Virus record (IMG/VR): IMGVR_UViG_3300020442_000005
Location: 186,001-250,000 of that record
Length of the DNA: 64,000 bases
Strand: one strand, 5' to 3'
Shown here: in pieces, positions 38,894 through 47,156 of the stretch
Layout of the letters: each line of letters opens with the position of its first letter
How positions within the stretch are numbered: position 1 is the stretch's first letter
Notes under the pieces: generated by a model
Databases searched by the model: none
Told to the model about the DNA's origin: nothing
What the model saw: only the letters and a program-made list of their open reading frames with translations
Translations under genes and position numbers: made by a program

Positions 38894-40030
38894 ATGAAAA
38901 CAATAGAGGAATATGATTTTACTGAGCTGGATAATAAGTTCGAATCAAAACTGAGACCAGACACCAAGAGAAAAATCATTCGAACAATTAACATGGGCAA
39001 GTCTGTTGATTATATACCAGACTTTAATAAGCCTCCTCAAGCTCGAGCATACTATCTAGATAATTTCCTAGTGTATGTTGATCACGAGGATAGAAAAAAA
39101 ATACTGAATGTATATTGGAATAAAAAGCTAATTGACACTAAGCTGCGAGATATCGAAAATTTTGAGCTCAAAAAACCTTTAAGAATTTCCGGAAGAGATA
39201 GTAGCCACATCTTTTCTAGAACCATTGCGCGAGTAATTTCCAAGAAAGAAATATTAAATTGCCTGGCTAACGGCGCACAAGTAAAGAACTTTAGTAAAAC
39301 TCAGAAACCAGACGGATCATTTTATGTTTTCTATGACAGATACTACTTTGCTGACGATGTGTGCGTCGTAGCTTCTGAGACTAAGAACTATATAAATGTA
39401 CGTACTGTTTATCGAACAACTCCAATCGCAGATCAACATTTTCTCGATTTGCTTCCCAAGCTCATTAATGAACTGAAAATAAATGAAAGTAGCAACGTAA
39501 GGGCTTCTATCGTAAACAACTCTGCCCGAATGAAATATCTGCAGACAAAGGAATACATGGACTTGCAATTATTCTTGAGAACTATCAGTGGCAACAATCC
39601 ATTTGTACAAGAAGAATCACTTGAGAAAGTAATCGATCAAAAATCTGTTTTGATGCCTAAGATTCTCCAATCCGCGGCAGCTGCCCGATTAAGATGCAAA
39701 GATATCGAATATTATGTTGCAACAACTGAAAACAGCGAAAGTCGATCAAATATAAATGATTTTGTTCTGGAGTCCAACAAATCCTACAGTCTCCAGCTGT
39801 CATTTGATAACGTGAATGATAAAACCATCGACAAGAATAGAGCGGTTACACTTAGAGAGTACGGTATTGACATTGATAAATATGAACACAGTTTAAATAT
39901 TGAAAACAACAAAGCGATTCTTACGATTGATTTTAGTCATTTTTCTGCTGCAGAAAATCCTTGGGCCATCAGAAAGAACAAGAAAAACCTTTCATTTGGA
40001 TCTTTTGATTTAGAGGAGAGCGAGGTATGA
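38894..40030 (+). CDS. hypothetical protein
   Basis: 378-aa ORF with GGGAG RBS. Confidence 0.7.
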   Translation: MKTIEEYDFTELDNKFESKLRPDTKRKIIRTINMGKSVDYIPDFNKPPQARAYYLDNFLVYVDHEDRKKILNVYWNKKLIDTKLRDIENFELKKPLRISGRDSSHIFSRTIARVISKKEILNCLANGAQVKNFSKTQKPDGSFYVFYDRYYFADDVCVVASETKNYINVRTVYRTTPIADQHFLDLLPKLINELKINESSNVRASIVNNSARMKYLQTKEYMDLQLFLRTISGNNPFVQEESLEKVIDQKSVLMPKILQSAAAARLRCKDIEYYVATTENSESRSNINDFVLESNKSYSLQLSFDNVNDKTIDKNRAVTLREYGIDIDKYEHSLNIENNKAILTIDFSHFSAAENPWAIRKNKKNLSFGSFDLEESEV

Positions 40031-40488
40031 AAAGATTGTGGAACCCACCGTTGCTCAATGAATGGGCTGAGCCTTTAATACAAGAGAGATATTTCCCGGA
40101 TAGATGGAAGATGCTGGTATGTTGTCTAATGTTAAATCTGACGTCACATAAACAGGTCAATCCAATCATCGATGGCTTTTTCGAAAGATGGCCCACCGCT
40201 TTGAAAGCTTCTCAGGCTGATGAGTTAGAGATGAAAGAGTATCTAAAATCCTTGGGAATGTATAACAAGCGTGCAAAAACAATTATAAAAATGTCAAAAC
40301 AGTTTCTAGAAGGCTTTTCTCAGCCAAAACAATTATATGGATGCGGTAAATACGCGTCAGACTCTGATCTTATATTCTATCAGGGAAGATGGAAAGAGGT
40401 TGAACCAACCGATGGCGCGCTCAAGAGATATATACGATTTATGAAAAACTATGAAAAAAACCGTGTACAATCGATCAAAACGGCTTAA
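40027..40488 (+). CDS. MBD4-like HhH mismatch DNA glycosylase
   Basis: W.PP, LIQE...D.WKMLVCCLMLNLT, LGMYNKRAKTI, LYGCGKYASDS, W..VEPTD (catalytic Asp). Confidence 0.82.
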   Translation: MKRLWNPPLLNEWAEPLIQERYFPDRWKMLVCCLMLNLTSHKQVNPIIDGFFERWPTALKASQADELEMKEYLKSLGMYNKRAKTIIKMSKQFLEGFSQPKQLYGCGKYASDSDLIFYQGRWKEVEPTDGALKRYIRFMKNYEKNRVQSIKTA

Positions 40489-40496
40489 ATTATAAT
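40464..40496 (+). promoter_or_regulatory. promoter TGTACAA-N15-TAAATTATAAT
   Basis: Recurrent motif. Confidence 0.6.
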
Positions 40497-40512
40497 ATAC
40501 CAAGGGGGTAAT

Positions 40513-41097
40513 ATGAACGAAATACAACAAGCTTTCGACAATACTGATTCTTCCTACATGGAGGCATCACTCAAACAAAGAAATCCGGGTCCTGGATCTG
40601 CGGGAAGTACGTTTTTTGAGACGACCACGTTTGAAGATCTAAAGTTCGCAGACTGGCAACCAGCAAACGATGATGCCATTACTGCTCCAGCTGAAGGATT
40701 TACAACAAACCAGTTCGGTGGATTACTTGGGATTACAAGGTTAGAAAACCTTCCGCAAGACATGACCGTTGTTTTGCAACCAGCTCACGGTGGCAAAGCA
40801 AAGATTAGAGGTGGTGAATATGACGGTCAAAATCCTGCCGAATGTGCAGCGATTCTCACAGACAGTCAAAGAATGGCGGTTGATTTTACTACACTAATCA
40901 TTGGACCTGACAAAGTAGATCCTACCAAGAAAGTTGTTTGGACTTTTTTCCCGGGACCGGCGACATTCAAGTTTAAGGACATTCCTTTTTCAATGTTGCA
41001 GCAGAGATTTGGAACAGAAGATAACCAAATTAGAATTACAGTTGCGGAAGCAATTGCGGTTGGTTACAACTTCTGCAAACACGTACCAACTCTATAA
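40513..41097 (+). CDS. hypothetical protein
   Basis: Own promoter; 194-aa ORF. Confidence 0.7.
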   Translation: MNEIQQAFDNTDSSYMEASLKQRNPGPGSAGSTFFETTTFEDLKFADWQPANDDAITAPAEGFTTNQFGGLLGITRLENLPQDMTVVLQPAHGGKAKIRGGEYDGQNPAECAAILTDSQRMAVDFTTLIIGPDKVDPTKKVVWTFFPGPATFKFKDIPFSMLQQRFGTEDNQIRITVAEAIAVGYNFCKHVPTL

Positions 41098-41147
41098 GGT
41101 ACCGGTGTCAAAACACCAAACAGTTCTTTTAAATCGCAGTAAACTTT

Positions 41148-41231
41148 GCTCGGGTGGCGGAATCGGTAGACGCACCAGACTTAAAATCTGTTGTCCGTAT
41201 GGGCGTGAGGGTTCAAGTCCCTCTTCGAGCA
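41148..41231 (+). tRNA. tRNA-Leu (UAA)
   Basis: Cloverleaf; anticodon loop cttaaaa; long variable arm; T arm gaggg-ttcaagt-ccctc; CCA not encoded. Confidence 0.93.
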
Positions 41232-41391
41232 TTACAATAGGGAATACCTGAGGGGAAGGTATTTTAAATGAGATTGACCTGAAGCTAGATATTACGCTGG
41301 GATCCACAACGAACTTTTATATGATCGACCGCTATAATCTAGAACATCCGCCCTTTCATTTCTTTAAACAATAATTAATTAGGTTATACAA

Positions 41392-41781
41392 ATGGAATTA
41401 ACAAATGGCCAGATTGAGATAGGTATAGTGTTTTTCTATGGCTTTGTAGCAGGATTAGTTGTCAGTATTCTGTATGCTCATGAGCGTTGGAAAAACTTCA
41501 ACTACGACGAGGAACGACGGTTACAATATCAAAAAGAAACGGATGAAAGAAGAAGGATACGCCTTGAGAAATATAAAGAGATGAGAAATCCTGAATCTCA
41601 GTTACGAGTGATACATAAGCAGGAAGAATATATAAGAGAATTACTCTTAGAGCAAGCTAGACTGCACAAACAACTCAATGCATTCGCTGGATGGCCTGAA
41701 TATGAACACTTCCACGAAGATCTTATGAAAAAAATCGACAAACGATTTGAATCTTTACGAATTGAACATGATAACATTTGA
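41392..41781 (+). CDS. N-terminally anchored membrane protein
   Basis: TM segment IGIVFFYGFVAGLVVSILYA followed by coiled coil. Confidence 0.6.
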   Translation: MELTNGQIEIGIVFFYGFVAGLVVSILYAHERWKNFNYDEERRLQYQKETDERRRIRLEKYKEMRNPESQLRVIHKQEEYIRELLLEQARLHKQLNAFAGWPEYEHFHEDLMKKIDKRFESLRIEHDNI

Positions 41782-41828
41782 ACAACTACAGGACTATCTG
41801 TATAATAACTAGGTAAACAAAACTTCAT

Positions 41829-41902
41829 GCATCCATAGCTCAGCTGGATAGAGCATCCGCCTTCTAAGCGGACGGTCGCAGGTTCGAATCCTGCTGGATG
41901 TA
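41829..41902 (+). tRNA. tRNA-Arg (UCU)
   Basis: Cloverleaf; tccgc-cttctaa-gcgga. Confidence 0.95.
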
Positions 41903-41906
41903 CTTT

Positions 41907-41978
41907 TGGTCTGTAGTGTAATAGGTAACACACCAGTTTTTGGCACTGGCGTTCTAGGTTCAAGTCCTGGCAGACCAG
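41907..41978 (+). tRNA. tRNA-Gln (UUG)
   Basis: tggtctg/cagacca acceptor; ccagt-ttttggc-actgg. Confidence 0.92.
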
Positions 41979-42017
41979 CTTTTATACAACTTTAAACAAT
42001 AGGGTATTATTATTTAT

Positions 42018-42120
42018 GGGTCTAGTTAACCTCGAGGGTTCGAACCCCTCTATGACCAAGCAGGCAGGGAGCAATGACTAGATGTCGCCAACAGAAAGAT
42101 ATTCACCAGTATCTCCTTTT
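42018..42120 (+). ncRNA. candidate structured RNA containing an isolated T arm
   Basis: gaggg-ttcgaac-ccctc inside an outer stem tctagtta/tgactaga; promoter-like sequence upstream and terminator-like hairpin plus T run downstream. Confidence 0.45.
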
Positions 42121-42189
42121 GGTTGATAAGCCTTGGGATAGGAAAGTGGTGAGTCCTATCCCAAAGTTCCATCCTTAACTTCATCACAC

Positions 42190-42262
<73 letters not shown>

Positions 42263-42265
42263 TAG

Positions 42266-42338
42266 GCGGGAATAGCTCAGTTGGTAGAGCACCACGTTGC
42301 CAACGTGGAAGTCGCGAGTTCAAGTCTCGTTTCCCGCT
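42266..42338 (+). tRNA. tRNA-Gly (GCC)
   Basis: Cloverleaf; ccacg-ttgccaa-cgtgg. Confidence 0.95.
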
Positions 42339-42343
42339 CTTTT

Positions 42344-42416
42344 GGACACTTAGCTCAGCGGTCAGAGCATCCGACTCATAATCGGCAGGTCCAGGGTTCA
42401 ATCCCCTGAGTGTCCA
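42344..42416 (+). tRNA. tRNA with CAU anticodon (Met or lysidine-modified Ile2)
   Basis: Cloverleaf; loop ctcataa; G1-C72 paired, so not an initiator. Confidence 0.9.
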
Positions 42417-42421
42417 CTTTC

Positions 42422-42505
42422 GTTCGGCTGTACGGTTGCAGATAACTAACGTGGGCAGGCAATATTTAACGTTAGAATTGCGGGGTTCAAATCCCCGCCC
42501 GAACA
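42422..42505 (+). ncRNA. atypical tRNA-like RNA with a 16-nt loop in place of the anticodon loop
   Basis: gttcgg/ccgaac acceptor, T arm cgggg-ttcaaat-ccccg, D-like arm with cggt loop, ctaacgt/acgttag stem. Confidence 0.55.
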
Positions 42506-42562
42506 TTTTTTTGACATATATATAATATACTATATATTACATGTTAGCGTCATGGAGAAATA

Positions 42563-43420
42563 ATGATCGGACATACACCATTCATCTGTATTGACAATGA
42601 TGAAAGAATATGGGCAAAACTAGAAACACACAATAAAACCGGATCTGTAAAAGATCGAATGATTGATTACATATGCGATAATGCTCTTGCAAATGGTGCA
42701 ATCATTCCTGGAAAGACCCGGCTCATTGAGGCAACCAGTGGAAATACTGGAATTGCTTTAGCCAGTTATGCAGCCTCAGTGGGATGCAAATGCCAAATCA
42801 TAATGCCATGTAACATGTCGGAAGAAAGAAAACAAATGATGCATGCGTTCGGCGCCGAAATTATAGAAACCGGCCCAAACGAATTTGGACGTGCAATTGC
42901 GATGAGAGACTTGAAACTGCGGAAGTCTAACCCCGGAGAATATTTCTCGCCTCTTCAATTTAGTAATCCTTTAAATGTGGAATGTCACAGAACAACCACA
43001 GCGCCAGAGATTCACCAGAACATAACAGACATTAAGTGTCTCGCTTGGGATGCATTCGTGCATGGCTCTGGAACTGGAGGGACTATGATGGGATTGAAGA
43101 GTTACATTGATGAGAATAGGTTAGGAGTGAAATGCGTCTTAACTCAGCCGGAAGAAGATAACGCATCCCATGGAATACAGGGCATTAACGATGGTGCTGA
43201 TTTTCTATTAGATAAGTCATTGATGGATGAGTTTATATACGTGAAGACGTCCTCAGCAATTGAACGAATGAAGAGATTCTGGAAAGAAAATGGTATCCTG
43301 ATCGGCATCAGTTCCGGGGCAAACATTCTGGCTGCAGAAGAATACGTGAGAAAGCATGATCCAGCTGGAATCGTCGTCACTATTTTATGTGATCGTGGAG
43401 AAAGATATTTAAAATGTTGA
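42563..43420 (+). CDS. cysK: cysteine synthase (PLP-dependent, CysK/CysM family)
   Basis: KLE..NKTGSVKDR, EATSGNTG, GSGTGGT, HGIQGI, GISSGAN, DRGERYL. Confidence 0.88.
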   Translation: MIGHTPFICIDNDERIWAKLETHNKTGSVKDRMIDYICDNALANGAIIPGKTRLIEATSGNTGIALASYAASVGCKCQIIMPCNMSEERKQMMHAFGAEIIETGPNEFGRAIAMRDLKLRKSNPGEYFSPLQFSNPLNVECHRTTTAPEIHQNITDIKCLAWDAFVHGSGTGGTMMGLKSYIDENRLGVKCVLTQPEEDNASHGIQGINDGADFLLDKSLMDEFIYVKTSSAIERMKRFWKENGILIGISSGANILAAEEYVRKHDPAGIVVTILCDRGERYLKC

Positions 43421-43427
43421 GGATAAT

Positions 43428-43736
43428 ATGAAAGGATATAAAACAAGAGAAGAAATAGAAACCATGGTACCGAATCTTCTAGTTCCCTGGTTTATGATGG
43501 GAAGCTATGCTTACTATTCTTTGGGCATGCCATTAATGGAAGACCCAACCTTTGATTATCTTGTACAAAGGCTCAAAGAATGTTATGATGAAGTAGAACA
43601 TATTCATAAAAAACACATCACAAAGGAACATCTAGATGCTGGAACTGGATACGATATAGATTATCCGGAGATGGCTAAGGGTGCTACTATACATTATTTA
43701 AAGGAGAGCGGATTATGGAACTTATATTTGGAATGA
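43428..43736 (+). CDS. stand-alone domain resembling the N-terminal (Ia) subdomain of NAD-dependent ligase
   Basis: SYAYY....PLMEDPTFDYLVQRL. Confidence 0.45.
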   Translation: MKGYKTREEIETMVPNLLVPWFMMGSYAYYSLGMPLMEDPTFDYLVQRLKECYDEVEHIHKKHITKEHLDAGTGYDIDYPEMAKGATIHYLKESGLWNLYLE

Positions 43737-43801
43737 TGGTTTCAGTGGGGTTATTTGTTTTTGCCTGGTATTGGTTTTGCGATAAGATGGGATGGTTGTA
43801 A
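43733..43801 (+). CDS. 22-aa hydrophobic peptide (not in ORF track)
   Basis: ATGA overlap upstream and TAATG coupling downstream; MMVSVGLFVFAWYWFCDKMGWL. Confidence 0.4.
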   Translation: MMVSVGLFVFAWYWFCDKMGWL

Positions 43802-43959
43802 TGCAGTGGTTAGCTAGTAAAAATATGTCACTGTTCTGTTTCGTTTTGAATTGCATCTTTGCGTTTTCAGCTTTAGTTGCAGGAGACGTACTATGGTTTT
43901 TTATAAGTGCTGGATTTGCAGCGCTTTGTTTCTACAATTATAACAACAGTACGGAGTAA
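43801..43959 (+). CDS. 52-aa two-TM peptide (not in ORF track)
   Basis: MQWLASKNMSLFCFVLNCIFAFSALVAGDVLWFFISAGFAALCFYNYNNSTE. Confidence 0.55.
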   Translation: MQWLASKNMSLFCFVLNCIFAFSALVAGDVLWFFISAGFAALCFYNYNNSTE

Positions 43960-43962
43960 AAA

Positions 43963-44217
43963 ATGGAATACTTAAAAAGGCTTTGGGAAGTAATCAAATC
44001 AAACGCATTGCTTATTGTTCTCGCAATTGCTTTTGCAATATATATTTGGGCCAACTATGCGGTTGAAAAGCAAAAGGCGCAAGTAAGCGAGAATGAATTC
44101 ATGTGTGAAACAACATGTTTTCCAGCTCAGCATGAGTACATATATGCTGGCAAAGTTGGTTCATGTTGGTGTTATGAAAACAAGGACAGTTTGAAACGCA
44201 TCAAAGACGAGGATTAA
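43963..44217 (+). CDS. membrane-anchored protein with Cys motifs
   Basis: N-terminal TM; CETTC...CWC. Confidence 0.6.
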   Translation: MEYLKRLWEVIKSNALLIVLAIAFAIYIWANYAVEKQKAQVSENEFMCETTCFPAQHEYIYAGKVGSCWCYENKDSLKRIKDED

Positions 44218-44218
44218 A

Positions 44219-44476
44219 TTGGCGAATAATATTCCATGGAAAAAACATGATCTTTATTTTGAGTTCGACGGTGATCAAGTGCATGCTGAAATTATTTGGT
44301 GGGCAAAAGACTATTACATTCTTATCAAGAAGCCGTACGAAATGCATTTGAAGGGCCTGCATATGATGTATATGATTCCTGCAAAGTTCGTTATTGAGAT
44401 CGATCCAAAAGACAAGCTGCATCAGGTTCCAATTCTTGACACATGCAAATCAATGATTATGGACGCGCTGTCATGA
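44219..44476 (+). CDS. hypothetical protein
   Basis: In operon. Confidence 0.55.
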   Translation: MANNIPWKKHDLYFEFDGDQVHAEIIWWAKDYYILIKKPYEMHLKGLHMMYMIPAKFVIEIDPKDKLHQVPILDTCKSMIMDALS

Positions 44477-44727
44477 AGGACTATTTTGTATACATTGTGG
44501 AATGCGCCGACGGCACTTACTATACCGGCATAACGACTGATGTTGACAGACGAATACTAGAGCATAACTACTCTTTTAAGTCTGCAAAGTATACTAGATC
44601 CAGACGTCCAGTTAAACTTGTGTACTCAAAGTTGGTTGGCAACAGATCAGAAGCTTCTAAGGAAGAATGCAGGATAAAAAAACTTAGCAGATCAGCTAAG
44701 AGCGCAATAATTAGAGATGATCAGTAA
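44473..44727 (+). CDS. GIY-YIG nuclease (UPF0213 type)
   Basis: FVYIVECADGTYYTGIT.DVDRR..EHN...KYTRSRRPV.LVY...A..EE..IKKL. Confidence 0.88.
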   Translation: MKDYFVYIVECADGTYYTGITTDVDRRILEHNYSFKSAKYTRSRRPVKLVYSKLVGNRSEASKEECRIKKLSRSAKSAIIRDDQ

Positions 44728-46501
44728 GGAGTTTTTTATGAGTAGCAGCAAGTACAGTCTTAGAATATTATTGGAAGATTTACAAGTTCCCAATTTTTTG
44801 CTCGAGGAAAAGTCAAGCGCCAAGTCTGGTGCTAGCAAGTTCAAAGGCGTATACACAGAATATGCTTGTGCAGATAAGCTGGCAACACATCTCGATCTAG
44901 ATGTGACGGATGCAACAGGAAAAAAGATTAATGCAAATTCATTGGCCGATGATGAGTTGAAAAAATACGATGCAAACCGCGCAAAAGACCCAACTATTCC
45001 AGTGATGGAAAAATCTGACACGAACGGGAAAAACCCTGCCGATAACCAATTTGAAGTTTTTAAAAAAGCAATTGAGGATGTTAAGGCGAGGGAAGAAGAA
45101 GCTGGTGTAGGTTCTTTCGCTGATTGCTTGGAAAGAGGCGACGCGCGCATTGAGTGCGTTGGCCAAAGCCCCGGGAAAGAGATAGCCCAAGAAGATATTC
45201 GAATACGCTGGCCTTTGAAGGGTGACAACCCGAATTATTTATTATTCACTGCAAAAGCTGCCGGCAGCCAATTGACAAAAGCATCATCTACTCCAGGTCA
45301 GTTTTCGATGGCTTTAGCGGAAGGTGCAACATCAAACATGGTTCAGCAAGTTTTTGATTTTATAGAAACGCAATCAAAATCTGAACCTAACAAATCGACC
45401 CTTTTAGCAGTCAAAGAAGAATATGGATTATCAGCAACTGATCATCTGAAAAAAGCAAACGGCAGTTTGAATAGAGAATTGCCAAACAGTAAAATTTTAT
45501 TCCCAGCCATGTCATCACTGTTAGCTGACGCGATTATAAAACAGATCACTTCTTGGTCACCAGAAACAGCTGCCGCTCAGATGAAAGTCGCATTTACTAA
45601 ATATTATAAGAATTCAACCCCGGAAAAAATGGCAACAATGGCTAAAAATCCACCTCCATATTACTATGGCATCAAGCATGGGAGACGTCAATCAAAGCTT
45701 GTAAAAATGAGCGAAATGCATAACGCATTTCTTTCAGCGCTCGGTGACGTTTTAGTGAATGGAGGAGGAAGTCTAGGCTATGTAGTACCAAAGACCGGTG
45801 CAAAGTCAATAACGATTACTCATAACAACAACGCTGTGCTTACGTTTCGTGTAGACTGTAGCATCAAGTCAAAAAAGTTTACTCTGGCAATAACATTAGG
45901 CCTACCAACAAAAAAGCCAGTATCCGCTACGACTTTCACCGGAAAAGGGACCGTTTCAGTTGAGGATGACGCGTTCGAGCTTGACTCAAAGGAACTTAAA
46001 GACGTTGCTGGAGAAGCAGTGGGCGCATTGGCAGCGGCCGTTGAAAAAACTATGGGAGTTGCCGATGATGAGTTTTCGACCTACGAATTTGGCCGGAAGT
46101 TAAAAGCTTTTTTTGTTGAGAAATCTACGAACTCGATTAAGTTGCTCAACCAACAGCGGGATAATGAATGGCAGATGTATCTACAATACATTCTCATGGA
46201 TACATATGGGATATCCCCAGCAGCAAAAGAAGCGGGAATGATAGCAACAAAGCTGAAAGAGAAGGGATATGGGACATATGATGGTAGGCTTGGTACTTAT
46301 AGCTTATCAAACAAATCGGTTTCAAAAAGTAAGCGCAACCTTGAGGGTTTTACCCAGGCGCTCTATGACTCAGTGGACGAATTAATTAAAGACGGTAAAA
46401 TAAGTTACCAACTAACTGGACCTTTCGCCATGAGCGCAGATAAGGCACGAGAGTTGAGTCTGCTCGAGCGTTGGTCTAGACTAGCTGGATTGATTAAATA
46501 A
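44717..46501 (+). CDS. large hypothetical protein ending ERWSRLAGLIK
   Basis: 594-aa ORF; LRILLE near the N-terminus; weak PD-(D/E)xK-like pattern (TEY...EDI...TAK). Confidence 0.7.
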   Translation: MISKEFFMSSSKYSLRILLEDLQVPNFLLEEKSSAKSGASKFKGVYTEYACADKLATHLDLDVTDATGKKINANSLADDELKKYDANRAKDPTIPVMEKSDTNGKNPADNQFEVFKKAIEDVKAREEEAGVGSFADCLERGDARIECVGQSPGKEIAQEDIRIRWPLKGDNPNYLLFTAKAAGSQLTKASSTPGQFSMALAEGATSNMVQQVFDFIETQSKSEPNKSTLLAVKEEYGLSATDHLKKANGSLNRELPNSKILFPAMSSLLADAIIKQITSWSPETAAAQMKVAFTKYYKNSTPEKMATMAKNPPPYYYGIKHGRRQSKLVKMSEMHNAFLSALGDVLVNGGGSLGYVVPKTGAKSITITHNNNAVLTFRVDCSIKSKKFTLAITLGLPTKKPVSATTFTGKGTVSVEDDAFELDSKELKDVAGEAVGALAAAVEKTMGVADDEFSTYEFGRKLKAFFVEKSTNSIKLLNQQRDNEWQMYLQYILMDTYGISPAAKEAGMIATKLKEKGYGTYDGRLGTYSLSNKSVSKSKRNLEGFTQALYDSVDELIKDGKISYQLTGPFAMSADKARELSLLERWSRLAGLIK

Positions 46502-46504
46502 TCC

Positions 46505-46535
46505 TGTACATTTTGATCCCATAGGTTAATATAAT
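46505..46535 (+). promoter_or_regulatory. promoter TGTACAT-N15-TAATATAAT
   Basis: Recurrent motif. Confidence 0.55.
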
Positions 46536-46559
46536 GTATCCAAACAACAAGGAGACATT

Positions 46560-46805
46560 ATGTCAGATCAAAAAACAAATGTGGCTTTAAAGAACTTTAT
46601 TGAAAAATATAAAACCATTGAAGCCGAAATTAAACTTTTGCAAGAAGATAAAAAAGCTCTAATTGATGACCTCAAAGAAAATCAAGGTATTGAACCAAAG
46701 GTTATCCGGAAAGCTATCCAGGTTGCAAAGATTCGAACCGGGATGGGCGACAACATCATCCAGTTGGACCAGATTGTTGATCAACTCGAAGGCACGATTG
46801 TGTGA
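46560..46805 (+). CDS. GapR/DUF2312 or T4 DsbA-like dsDNA-binding protein
   Basis: LKNFIEKY..IEAEIKLLQEDKK.....K..G.EPKVIRK. Confidence 0.7.
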   Translation: MSDQKTNVALKNFIEKYKTIEAEIKLLQEDKKALIDDLKENQGIEPKVIRKAIQVAKIRTGMGDNIIQLDQIVDQLEGTIV

Positions 46806-46813
46806 GGTGAACT

Positions 46814-47146
46814 GTGAAAAAGCGTACTACAATTTGGCTTATTGATATTGATGGAACTGTTTGTGAGGATATTCCAAACGAACAAGCATATCTATTCGGT
46901 GCGGCAAAACCATTGCCTGGCGCACTTGAGAAAGTAAAAGAGTTTTATGAACGTGGAGACCGAGTGACATTTTTTACATCACGCACTTCTGAACATGCGG
47001 AGATTACAGAAGCATGGCTCAAAAATCATGGTTTCCCTTTTGAATCAGTTTGTTATAATAAACCTAGAATAAATGAAGGCGAAGAATACTGTTGGGTTGA
47101 CAACAAGCCTGTCATGGCAATATACCTACCAGAAGGTCTTAGATAA
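46814..47146 (+). CDS. small HAD-family phosphatase
   Basis: IDIDGTV, FTSR, NKP, VDNK. Confidence 0.8.
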   Translation: MKKRTTIWLIDIDGTVCEDIPNEQAYLFGAAKPLPGALEKVKEFYERGDRVTFFTSRTSEHAEITEAWLKNHGFPFESVCYNKPRINEGEEYCWVDNKPVMAIYLPEGLR

Positions 47147-47156
47147 AGGATTTAAC

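Noticed and set aside
42061-42075. SRP RNA helix 8 (CAGG...AGCA) or SAM riboswitch
   Set aside because: The spacing is too short for the GNRA-capped helix, and no SAM-I core was found here or upstream of metK.
42422-42505. tRNA-Sec or suppressor tRNA
   Set aside because: No UCA, CUA or UUA anticodon in a 7-nt loop, and only one arm between the D and T arms.
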